From positions 1 through 56,986 of IMG/VR virus record IMGVR_UViG_3300031857_020009: DNA of 56,986 bases. One strand, given 5' to 3'. How positions within the stretch are numbered: the first letter of the stretch is position 1; each line of letters starts with the position of its first letter. The position numbers and the translations under genes were made by a program. The stretch comes from a virus. Lineage: Duplodnaviria; Caudoviricetes. Positions 48,440 through 56,986 of the stretch are shown one piece after another. The notes under the pieces are model-generated. The model had not been told where the DNA came from. It was given only the letters and a program-made list of their open reading frames with translations, and ran no database searches.

Positions 48440-48908
48440 AGATACTTGAATTTTTATCGTTTTCGAAACATTCTACTTTAATCACTTTGCAACGACCTGC
48501 ATCTGTTTTGGATAATACTTCATTGAAATGATCAAATACTAATTTAGCATTACTTTCAGCACCCATCTTTTCCAAGAAGTGTACTTTGCAAATGCCTTCC
48601 ATTGCCATTGATTCAAATAAATCGCGATATGGATCATCTGCTTGAATTAGAGTTGTATGATCCCACATATGATCCATCCAATCTTTAAGACCATTGCCTT
48701 TTGGTGGAGTCTTGAAACCTCCATAATCAACAATCCAATTCATATCATCAAGTTGATTTTCTTCTAATGGTTCGTTAGATGCAAACCATACTTTAAACTT
48801 TAATGCATAACCATGTAGCAATTCACAATGCGAATGTGATGCTTTCCATTGACGAATTGCCACTGAATAGTTATCAAATACCTTTGTTGAAATATATCTT
48901 TTAGCCAT
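48426..48908 (-). CDS. queD: 6-carboxy-5,6,7,8-tetrahydropterin synthase
   Basis: SHCELLHGY, WIVDYG, DHTTL, GAE, VECFENDKN. Confidence 0.9.
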   Translation of the reverse strand: MAKRYISTKVFDNYSVAIRQWKASHSHCELLHGYALKFKVWFASNEPLEENQLDDMNWIVDYGGFKTPPKGNGLKDWMDHMWDHTTLIQADDPYRDLFESMAMEGICKVHFLEKMGAESNAKLVFDHFNEVLSKTDAGRCKVIKVECFENDKNSSIYEEC

Positions 48909-49608
48909 GAGTGTAACCTTTCACAAATTGATAAAATTCTGAACGAGCATTACCATCTTCTAAAAATGCTCCTGTGAGTTTTGCTGTTTTCATTGATGCA
49001 CCGCGGTGCTTAACACCTCTACATGATACACAATTATGAGTTGCTTCAATCATTACAGCAACGCCTTTGTTATCTGTAATAAGTTCGTCAACTGCGTGTT
49101 GAATTGCTACTGTTAATTGTTCTTGAATTGCACCGCGTCTGCCAAAGTGTTCTACTACTCGATTCAATTTACTTAAACCTACTACATTGCCATTCTCTGC
49201 TGGAATATACGCAATATGAACTAAGCCTTCAATAGTTTGGTGGTGATGTGAACACATACTTGTCAATGGAATGCCGCCTTCAAATACAATACCATCATAA
49301 CCATCACTCGGAAATGATGTGATATCAGACATTGGCTCATAACGACCTTTCCATAAGTCATTAACATATGCCTTTGCTACTCGTTTAGGTGTATTATCTG
49401 AATTCGGATCATTTTCCCAATCTACTCCTAATGCTTTAAGAAATTCACCATAATAGAATGCTGCCATTTTAATAATATGCTGCTTCTCATCTTCAGTTAA
49501 TCGAGCATCGGGGCCTTCGATAGCTTGTTTATTAGCTAATTGCGTAGAAATACCATTAGCAAAACCTGATTTTACTAATTCTAAATTTTGTCGTTGTTTC
49601 TCTGTCAT
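48901..49608 (-). CDS. folE: GTP cyclohydrolase I
   Basis: TPKRVAKAY, SMCSHH, GLSKLNR, IQEQLT, HNCVSCRGV. Confidence 0.95.
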   Translation of the reverse strand: MTEKQRQNLELVKSGFANGISTQLANKQAIEGPDARLTEDEKQHIIKMAAFYYGEFLKALGVDWENDPNSDNTPKRVAKAYVNDLWKGRYEPMSDITSFPSDGYDGIVFEGGIPLTSMCSHHHQTIEGLVHIAYIPAENGNVVGLSKLNRVVEHFGRRGAIQEQLTVAIQHAVDELITDNKGVAVMIEATHNCVSCRGVKHRGASMKTAKLTGAFLEDGNARSEFYQFVKGYTHG

Positions 49609-49629
49609 GTTATAACTTCTTTCAATAAT

Positions 49630-49658
49630 ATAATAGTAAATTTATTTGGTATTTCCAA
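49630..49658 (-). promoter_or_regulatory. TTGGAA-N17-TATTAT promoter
   Basis: 17-nt spacer; upstream of folE. Confidence 0.7.
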
Positions 49659-49659
49659 C

Positions 49660-51444
49660 CTACCCATCACAACTTAAACAATCCGGGTCCATTGCTCGTG
49701 CTGCAATATCACCTCGCAAAACTGATTCGGTGCGCATATAATAAAGTGTCTTGATTCCTTGTTTCCAAGCTTCAATATGAATTTGATTAATCCATTTAGG
49801 AGAAACTTCCGATGGAAATGCTAAATTCAAACTGACTGATTGATCTACATATTGTTGACGTATGCCGGCTTGTTTAACAAGTTCCAATTGATTGATTTCT
49901 TTGAATGTTTTAAATACATCTTTTGACCAATCAATTTCTTTGTTTTGGAAAGCTGTTTCTGATATTTCATCGCGATGCATTAATTTTCCGGCTACGAAAC
50001 CCCAATTATCTAATTCATTAAGGCCTTGTACAGAGCCGCCATCTTCTAAAATTTTATCCCATGTCTCTTTTGTATTGATTCCAATCTTACGAAGAGCTTT
50101 TTCTAATTCGCGATTCTTACGAATAAATGTACCTTTTGAAGTTTGTTCTGTAAATACATTTGCTGCCCATGGTTCAATACCTGCAGAAACATTGCCTGAT
50201 AATTTTGAATTCGATACTGTAGGTGCAATTGCTCTTAAGTGAGTGTTACGCATACCGGTTCCAACACACCATAATGGCTCTCCATATTCATTTGCCATAT
50301 CTCGGCTTGCTCTTTCAGATTCAATTTTAATTTGACTGAAGATTTTGCGTGTTTCAAATTGTGCAGGCAATCCTTCGAAAGCCATTCCTTTTTGTTGCAA
50401 ATATGTATGCCAACCTAAAACTCCTAAACCTAAAGCACGACCTTTTTCCGCACTTCTAACAGAGTTTTCAAAGCCTCGCATATTCTTGGCCCTTTGTATA
50501 AATTCTTCTAGGACGCCGTCTAAAAACCAGGTTGCTGTGTATACTAGGTCGGTATCTTTCCATTCATCATATTTTGCAATGTTCAAAGACGACAAACAAC
50601 AAACAAATGAGTGTGATTCATCAGTATGCAAAGTAATTTCAGAGCAAATATTTGTCATGAATACTTTTAATCCATTTGTTTTATATGCATCTGGATTCTG
50701 TTTGTTTACATTACCCTTAAACATGATATATGGTTCACCTGTTGCTTTACGCTTTTGAAGTACTTTACCCCATTTTCTACGTGCTTCGGGTTCGCCTTCT
50801 TCTAATTTACGCATAAATTTATCTGATACAACTACACATTGGTGCATATTCAAACATTGACGATTTACATCGCCCTTTGGTTCGCGGATTTCTAACCAAT
50901 CTTCAAAGTCCGAATGATCTATATTTAAATTAACAGATGCAGCACCTCTACGTACCGATCCTTGATTTGTTGCTAAAATAGTAGAATCATAAATCTTAGC
51001 AAATGGAACTACGCCATCCGATGTACCATTTTGTGAAATTTTGCTACCTGCGGGACGAATCATATTCATTCCGATACCTACTCCTCCGCCATGTTTAGCA
51101 AGAAGCATCATTTCTAAATTTTTGCCGCCAATATCTTGAATTGAATCTGCAACATCGATACCAAAACATGAAATTGGTAAACCTCGATCTGTACCTGTAT
51201 TAGAAAGAACTGGCGTTGCTAGATTCAACCAACCTCTCCATATATAATCAAAAAACTTAGATGCTAATTGTGGTTTATCTAAACGACGTGCTACAGCTGT
51301 TGCAACGCGCCAATATGCATCTTTCGGCTTTTCGCCAGCTAACAAATATCCTTTTGAAATTGTTTTTACATATATTTCAGTGTTACCCCATTCTGGAAAA
51401 TCGACTCCTAATTCCCAACCCAATTCTTCTGCGTAATTTTTCAT
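49660..51444 (-). CDS. nrdA: Ribonucleotide reductase class I alpha subunit (short, no ATP cone)
   Basis: ATPVLSN, ISCF, TNICSEI, CCLSSLN, AIAPT, KTLYY, C-terminal CLSCDG. Confidence 0.95.
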   Translation of the reverse strand: MKNYAEELGWELGVDFPEWGNTEIYVKTISKGYLLAGEKPKDAYWRVATAVARRLDKPQLASKFFDYIWRGWLNLATPVLSNTGTDRGLPISCFGIDVADSIQDIGGKNLEMMLLAKHGGGVGIGMNMIRPAGSKISQNGTSDGVVPFAKIYDSTILATNQGSVRRGAASVNLNIDHSDFEDWLEIREPKGDVNRQCLNMHQCVVVSDKFMRKLEEGEPEARRKWGKVLQKRKATGEPYIMFKGNVNKQNPDAYKTNGLKVFMTNICSEITLHTDESHSFVCCLSSLNIAKYDEWKDTDLVYTATWFLDGVLEEFIQRAKNMRGFENSVRSAEKGRALGLGVLGWHTYLQQKGMAFEGLPAQFETRKIFSQIKIESERASRDMANEYGEPLWCVGTGMRNTHLRAIAPTVSNSKLSGNVSAGIEPWAANVFTEQTSKGTFIRKNRELEKALRKIGINTKETWDKILEDGGSVQGLNELDNWGFVAGKLMHRDEISETAFQNKEIDWSKDVFKTFKEINQLELVKQAGIRQQYVDQSVSLNLAFPSEVSPKWINQIHIEAWKQGIKTLYYMRTESVLRGDIAARAMDPDCLSCDG

Positions 51445-51461
51445 TGTTTTTTCTTTTCTTG

Positions 51462-52457
51462 TTACCATAAATCTGACCAATCTTCACCTTCATTTGCTTT
51501 GCTATAATCTGTTGGACGTACTGCAAAGAAATCAGTGTGGGTATGTCCGCCCGTTAGATGATAAAACCAATCTAACTGTTCCGCTGATTTTACATTGTAT
51601 GAAAAAGTAGATTCATATCCAAGCTCAGTTAATTTTTCATTTGCTCGCTTACGAATAAAATTCTTTAAATCAGTCTTTTTAAGATTCTCTAAATCTCCTT
51701 GTTCAAACATTTTGTCAATAAATTGTTCTTCCATTTGACCCATATATTCGGCTGCTTGTTCAACCGATGTACGAACTGCGTCTTTTAGTTCCGGATATTC
51801 TTCACACATATGACGAAATAATTGACACCCCATTTTTGAATGAAGTGATTCATCTCGTACTGACCATTTCATTTGTTGACCAATACCCTTTAACATGTTG
51901 CGCATTTGAAATGAATACAATACAGCAAATGATGAATAAAGTGATACTCCTTCAGCAAATGCAGAAAAGATTGCTAATGAACGAGCTACTTCTTGTCGAG
52001 CTATAGGATTTGATGCTAAATCTTTATGAGTCCACTCTGCAGATGTTGAAGTTAAAAATTCAAACTTTTCAGCAATTGCTGGTTCATGAAGAAATGCTTC
52101 AAAATTTTCTAATCCTAATGTTTCATTAAGATATGAATATGCGGTTGCATGAATTGTTTCTTGCGACCCAAACATCATTGCCATTTGCTTAATCTCATGT
52201 TTCGGAAACCATTTAGTTACCATGGTAGTCCAATAATCAGATACAGCACATTCTGTTTGAGCAAAACCCAACAAAATGTTACCGACCAAATTCTTTTCGT
52301 GTGTTGCTAAATTTTCATTCCAATCTTTAATATCGCCTTGCATTGGAATTTCCGTATGCAACCAAAATGCTTGTGCTTGTTTTAACCATCCTTCATTGTA
52401 ATAAACAGGATATTCAAATGGTTTAAACGGAATTCGATCTTCAAATAGTTTTGGCAT
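51462..52457 (-). CDS. nrdB: Ribonucleotide reductase class I beta subunit
   Basis: FWLHTEI, QETIHATAYS, EGVSLYSSF, RDESLH, DFFAVRPTDY. Confidence 0.95.
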   Translation of the reverse strand: MPKLFEDRIPFKPFEYPVYYNEGWLKQAQAFWLHTEIPMQGDIKDWNENLATHEKNLVGNILLGFAQTECAVSDYWTTMVTKWFPKHEIKQMAMMFGSQETIHATAYSYLNETLGLENFEAFLHEPAIAEKFEFLTSTSAEWTHKDLASNPIARQEVARSLAIFSAFAEGVSLYSSFAVLYSFQMRNMLKGIGQQMKWSVRDESLHSKMGCQLFRHMCEEYPELKDAVRTSVEQAAEYMGQMEEQFIDKMFEQGDLENLKKTDLKNFIRKRANEKLTELGYESTFSYNVKSAEQLDWFYHLTGGHTHTDFFAVRPTDYSKANEGEDWSDLW

Positions 52458-52498
52458 CGTGTCCTTTAAATATGTTAATAACTTAATTTTTTTAGATG

Positions 52499-52524
52499 AA
52501 AAAAGGAAGGCCGAACACCTTCCC
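52499..52524 (-). terminator. Intrinsic terminator after the helicase gene
   Basis: GGAAGGT-GTTCG-GCCTTCC followed by T6. Confidence 0.8.
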
Positions 52525-52548
52525 TATTCATTTTATATAAATATACTT

Positions 52549-53904
52549 TTATCCAAATTGTCCACCGAGATCTTTGAACTTTTGGGCTAAATTTTTCTTC
52601 ATCATGTTTTCGCCAGTCTTCATGATTTGTGTGGTCTGTTTTCCTTGAGTTGTTTGTGGTTCAAAGAATTCAAATTGACCATTATTTGTATTGATCTTAC
52701 TCGGTAACGTAATACCATCTGGGCCAAATCGATTCTTAATAACATGACCTCTACCAGTGCCTGACATCTTATCTTCTACTTTACGAGACAATGACATCAA
52801 GAAGTCAGCAACCATTACTTTCCCATATGACGATGCAATCTTATCTGCTTCAATAATATCTTCTTCTAAGGCGCTTCTTCCTGCTTGCGATGCAGTCCAT
52901 ACTGGAATTTTATACTCGCCCGCCATTCCACGCAGCTCCTCGTATAAGTCCTCTAAGGCTTCGTGTTTGTCCTTTTTAGTATTTACTTTGAGCAAATCAC
53001 CATAATCTACTACAATTAAATCGGGCGGTTTGCCTTGCATTATGGTTTTTTCAATATGAGCTTTCAATGCCATTACTCCAACTGACTTTGTTGGATAATA
53101 TTTAACAATCAATGATCCAGATAAAGTTTTCATTTTTTCTTCAACTGTATCTTGATGATGTTTTAATGTCTGTGCATTAATACCAGTTAATACGGAATCA
53201 TATCGTTGACCTACATAATTTTCATTAAGCTCTAATGTATAATGTATAACTGTCTTGCCTGCTCTGACCGCATTTGCACCAATGTTAATAAGCATCCATG
53301 ATTTACCAATACCTGCAGGTGCCATTACTACTCCTAATTCGCCCGGAGCCAATCCTCCATCCATTAAGTCATCAATAACATCCCATCCGGTGGTAATTGT
53401 ATGTCGAGCTGCTTCATTGTAACGAGATGCTACATCATTAATATAATCTAAACCAATATTAGTGTCAGCGCCAGCTTTCATGGCACTATCCATTTTGCTT
53501 TTTATTTCATCATAATTACCCATTTTTAATAGGTTAACAGAATCCATAATAGCTCGCTTAATTTCTTGATTCTTACAAAACTTAAGAATTTCATCTTTTA
53601 CAAATGATAAATCATCTGACTCCATGTATCGAAACACTTCTTTGAGTTGTTCTAATACTGCAGTTTTAAGAATATCATTTTCAATTTCAGTAACTTTTAC
53701 TTTGAGAACATCTTTAGACGGTGGTGCTTTATATTGTCGAAAATGTTCTAATATCACATCAAGCAACCAACTATTTGAATCTGATTCAAAATAATCAGCT
53801 TGAATAATATCTGCAATTTGTTGTAAAAATATTCTATCCGTAAACATCGCGGATAATACCTTCACTTGGAAGCCATACCCGTATTCACTTAGTTTGTCAG
53901 TCAT
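52549..53904 (-). CDS. Replicative DnaB-like helicase (T4 gp41-like)
   Basis: APAGIGKS, YTLEL, IVVDYGDL, WTASQ, KNRFG. Confidence 0.93.
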   Translation of the reverse strand: MTDKLSEYGYGFQVKVLSAMFTDRIFLQQIADIIQADYFESDSNSWLLDVILEHFRQYKAPPSKDVLKVKVTEIENDILKTAVLEQLKEVFRYMESDDLSFVKDEILKFCKNQEIKRAIMDSVNLLKMGNYDEIKSKMDSAMKAGADTNIGLDYINDVASRYNEAARHTITTGWDVIDDLMDGGLAPGELGVVMAPAGIGKSWMLINIGANAVRAGKTVIHYTLELNENYVGQRYDSVLTGINAQTLKHHQDTVEEKMKTLSGSLIVKYYPTKSVGVMALKAHIEKTIMQGKPPDLIVVDYGDLLKVNTKKDKHEALEDLYEELRGMAGEYKIPVWTASQAGRSALEEDIIEADKIASSYGKVMVADFLMSLSRKVEDKMSGTGRGHVIKNRFGPDGITLPSKINTNNGQFEFFEPQTTQGKQTTQIMKTGENMMKKNLAQKFKDLGGQFG

Positions 53905-53912
53905 ATATTATT

Positions 53913-53940
53913 TATATAAGGAAAAAATCCTTGGAACCAA
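53913..53940 (-). promoter_or_regulatory. TTGGTT-N16-TATATA promoter-like variant
   Basis: Degenerate member of the motif family upstream of the helicase. Confidence 0.45.
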
Positions 53941-53943
53941 ATA

Positions 53944-54996
53944 TTATTTGTGTGTTTGTTTTGCAAATGCATTCAAAGACAACCAAGTGTTGTTTAACCA
54001 CTCTGGTAAATTTTTCATTATGGCCCACATCTTATCTTCATAGAACAATCGTTGAAATTCTGAACGATTTAATTCTGATATAGGCTGTTCCATGATGCCT
54101 CGAATTTTGCTAGCTGTTTGAGCTGGAATATCTAATAATTTGATATTCATTAGTTGATAGTTTTGTTCAATGATTCTTGCATTATCTAAAATCTTTTGGT
54201 ATGATTTAGATTCTTTAAGATTGTTTCGACTTTTATCTAATAACTCATCAACCGAATATTCTGCAGGCTGTGCTAATTCTGGAATTAATTTTAATATAGT
54301 CTTTGGACCAATACCATTTACCCCAGGAATATTATCAGATGCATCTCCCGTAAATGATCTATAAATAACCATATTGTTCGGATGCACTCCAAATTCTTCT
54401 TGTACTGCTTCTACATCATACATTTTCTTTTTGATAGGAGACCAAACTCGTATGCGATCATCTACCAATTGGTAGAAATCTCTATCCGTAGAAACAACGG
54501 TAATCTTTTTGCAAGTATCTTCATACATTTGTGCAATATACGCAATTGCGTCATCTGCTTCAATGCCATCTATGGCCATGAATGTTACTGGCAAGTTATC
54601 TAAATAAGAAACTAAACGACTAAATTGATGTCGCATCGATTCTTGTTCATCTTCAATAGTTGAATCATGATGATCGTGTCTACGAAGCTTTGTTTTATTA
54701 GCTCGATTTGCTTTGTAATCACCATAAATTTTTTTGCGTTTAGCAGATCCACCTCTGCCATCAAACACAATAACACAACGTGTAGGTTTAAAGTCTCGTA
54801 TCGTTTTACCTACTGAATATAAAAATCCAGTAATGCCGCCGATATGATCACCATCTTCATTATAAGCAGGTGTTGCTCCAAAACTTCTAATAAAGGTATT
54901 GAGTCCGTCAAATACCATGAGATGATCATTAACATCTAACGGACTCGAATTCCTTTCTTGTTGTAACTGTTTGAATAATTGTTGATACTTATTCAT
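53944..54996 (-). CDS. 5'-3' exonuclease/flap endonuclease (T4 RNase H-like)
   Basis: DGLNTFIR, VFDG, YKANR, EADD, STDRDFYQL, GDASDNIPGVNGIGPKT. Confidence 0.93.
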   Translation of the reverse strand: MNKYQQLFKQLQQERNSSPLDVNDHLMVFDGLNTFIRSFGATPAYNEDGDHIGGITGFLYSVGKTIRDFKPTRCVIVFDGRGGSAKRKKIYGDYKANRANKTKLRRHDHHDSTIEDEQESMRHQFSRLVSYLDNLPVTFMAIDGIEADDAIAYIAQMYEDTCKKITVVSTDRDFYQLVDDRIRVWSPIKKKMYDVEAVQEEFGVHPNNMVIYRSFTGDASDNIPGVNGIGPKTILKLIPELAQPAEYSVDELLDKSRNNLKESKSYQKILDNARIIEQNYQLMNIKLLDIPAQTASKIRGIMEQPISELNRSEFQRLFYEDKMWAIMKNLPEWLNNTWLSLNAFAKQTHK

Positions 54997-56159
54997 TATC
55001 CTTCTTCATCGATGAATTCGTCTGTGATTATTACATCATCAATACCACCATCAATTCCAGCTTGATATTTGAATATGTAAGCATCGCAAATTCTTCTATA
55101 TAACCTATCTTTTGCTTCCGGATTATTAATAACCTTTTCAACAAAATCTTTACTTTGGAATTTCATTTCACCAAACGTTTCACCTGTTTCATGATCAACA
55201 TCTTCTAATGTATACCATGCACCTGATTGTTTGACTAAATCAAAATTCTTCATGATTGATAACCAACCGCCGTAATTGTCAATACCACTATCATAGTAAA
55301 TTTCATAATCTACTTTGCGATGCGGCGGACCCATACGATTTTTAACTACCTGCACATTCGTTTTGCTTCCTACAACTTGTTCTACGCCGCTAACTTTAGC
55401 TTTGATCATTCCTGTATTTTTAAGACGAAGACGAACTGATGCATGGAATGGAATTGCCTTACCACCTGCAGTTGTCCATTGGTCTCCAAATGATACGCCT
55501 AATTTGGTACGTAACTGATTTGTAAAGATGAGACAAATACGCTCACGTGCAATCCAATTGGTTACTTTACGCATTGCCTTTGATAAGATGATTGACTTTG
55601 AAGTTGCATAACCATCTTTATCATATTCAGCTGACATTTCGATTTTTGTAGATGCACCCATAATTGAGTCTACTACAATTGTAACTAAACGATCTTTATC
55701 TGATTTGCGAACTCCTTCTACAATTGTTTCAATAGTTTCAAAGATTTCTTCAATTGTCTCTAATGGAACATATAGCATTGTTTTTAAATCAACACCAATA
55801 GCCGTTAGGAATTCGGAGCTAGTGGCAGATTCTGTATCAATATAAACAGCCAAGCCGCCTTTCTTTTGCGTTTCTGCTAAAGTGTGTGCTGCTAATAATG
55901 ATTTACCTGATGCTTCTAATCCTGTAATTTCAGTAATCCGACCTACGGGAAATCCGCCATATGGTCGGTTTGAAATTGCTAAATCTAACATTGAACACCC
56001 GGATGAAACCCATTCGGACACATTACTTGGAGAATCTTCATCGCCATCTAGAAAGAATGCAGTTTTAAGATTTTGACCTTTAAACTGCTTATTGATACTT
56101 TCAGCTAATGTATTTGCTAGAGTGTCTGTCAATTCCAGTTTACTTTTACCTTTTGCCAT
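54996..56159 (-). CDS. recA: RecA/UvsX recombinase
   Basis: GLEASGKS, YIDTE, IVVDS, FTNQLR, GGKAIPFHASVRL, VVKNR. Confidence 0.93.
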   Translation of the reverse strand: MAKGKSKLELTDTLANTLAESINKQFKGQNLKTAFFLDGDEDSPSNVSEWVSSGCSMLDLAISNRPYGGFPVGRITEITGLEASGKSLLAAHTLAETQKKGGLAVYIDTESATSSEFLTAIGVDLKTMLYVPLETIEEIFETIETIVEGVRKSDKDRLVTIVVDSIMGASTKIEMSAEYDKDGYATSKSIILSKAMRKVTNWIARERICLIFTNQLRTKLGVSFGDQWTTAGGKAIPFHASVRLRLKNTGMIKAKVSGVEQVVGSKTNVQVVKNRMGPPHRKVDYEIYYDSGIDNYGGWLSIMKNFDLVKQSGAWYTLEDVDHETGETFGEMKFQSKDFVEKVINNPEAKDRLYRRICDAYIFKYQAGIDGGIDDVIITDEFIDEEG

Positions 56160-56174
56160 TTTTATGACTCCTTC

Positions 56175-56945
56175 TTAATTAAAAAGATCATTAAATGCAT
56201 CAGCAACATTGTCTACTTTAGTAGCTGCTGGCTTTGATGCAGGTGCAGATGCGGGTGCAGATGCTGGCTCTGATTCTTCAACATCAGAATCTGCATTTTC
56301 TGGATTCATCCATTCTGCTAATGCTTTTTCTAATTCATCATAAGATGGCTCAGGAAATAAATCAGTGATTTCAGGTTGATTCATGATTTTTTGTGCAATC
56401 TCTTTATCTTCAGTTGCTGGCTGAGTATTAGGTTTAACTCGGATTGCTGTTTTTGGATATGCTCCAGCTCCTTCTGCAGGTGTAAATTCTACATCAATAT
56501 CTCGACCATTCATTAAGTCTGTGATATCGCCATAGTCTGCATCAGAAATTATTGATAACAATTCAGTGTAAATTGTTTTACCAAAACCCCAAAACTTTAC
56601 GCCTTCAGATTCTTTGCCACGAATAATTACGGGAACATAAGTACGCATCTTGGGTTCAATTTTACGACCCATTAGCCAATCTTCTTTATCGCCAGTCTTT
56701 TTAAGTTTGTCTGCAAATTCTACAATTGGATCTGCATTACCAAATGTAATTGGAGATAACATTGATTTTTTACTAATGTCATAGTGGAAGTACAATTCTA
56801 GGAAAGGATTGTCTTTGCGATGCACGTAAGGAACGATTCGAACTCGTGTCTTGCCTGCCTCAGGCTTCCATACGTTGTTTTTCTTGTCATCGGTTTTGTT
56901 TAATTGATTAAGTTTTGCTTTGATAGCGTCAAGGTTAAGTGCCAT
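56175..56945 (-). CDS. Single-stranded DNA-binding protein (T4 gp32-like)
   Basis: WKP...RIVPY, EGVKFWGFGK, DITDL..GRD; acidic tail with PASA repeats ending AFNDLFN. Confidence 0.85.
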   Translation of the reverse strand: MALNLDAIKAKLNQLNKTDDKKNNVWKPEAGKTRVRIVPYVHRKDNPFLELYFHYDISKKSMLSPITFGNADPIVEFADKLKKTGDKEDWLMGRKIEPKMRTYVPVIIRGKESEGVKFWGFGKTIYTELLSIISDADYGDITDLMNGRDIDVEFTPAEGAGAYPKTAIRVKPNTQPATEDKEIAQKIMNQPEITDLFPEPSYDELEKALAEWMNPENADSDVEESEPASAPASAPASKPAATKVDNVADAFNDLFN

Positions 56946-56986
56946 AAGTACTCCTTTAGTTAATTAAGTTAATAAAATATAAAAAT

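Noticed and set aside
43268-56159. Introns or inteins in the polymerase, nrdA/nrdB, helicase or recA
   Set aside because: The ORFs are continuous and of normal length, with no intein splice motifs recognised.
56228-56270. PASA-encoding repeat in the SSB tail
   Set aside because: An ordinary low-complexity linker with degenerate codons.

Overview
A 57 kb fragment of a large, AT-rich, lytic dsDNA bacteriophage with T4-like replication genes. The host is most likely Bacteroidota, inferred from two T9SS C-terminal sorting domains, the Bacteroidota-like ClpS, QueE, GroEL and NrdA, and mostly A/T-rich leaders lacking Shine-Dalgarno sites. Essentially all real genes are on the minus strand and tightly packed. 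In transcription order (right to left): (1) replication and recombination core (SSB, RecA/UvsX, 5'-3' exonuclease, helicase, NrdB/NrdA, family B polymerase, clamp, clamp loader, dUTPase, Cas4-like nuclease); (2) an interleaved 7-deazaguanine DNA-modification pathway (FolE, QueD, QueE, a DpdL-like second T-fold protein, DpdA) with a glycosyltransferase and a cytidylyltransferase inside the dpdA operon and no queC in view; (3) a ~13 kb glycan-biosynthesis island including NeuA/NeuB; (4) a lysis cassette; (5) a block of proteins sharing an N-terminal M-x-L-K-x-L/I-L/I-x-E leader that resembles a capsid-targeting/prohead-protease signal; (6) proteostasis and metabolic genes (ClpS, MoxR-AAA/VWA, GroEL, ThyA, thioesterase); (7) a cell-envelope operon (cohesin/dockerin T9SS cargo, CsgG-like lipoprotein). 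Two recurring promoter-like motifs, three intrinsic terminators and four ORFs missing from the supplied track were read directly from the sequence. All family assignments come from motif recognition by eye; no database search was run.
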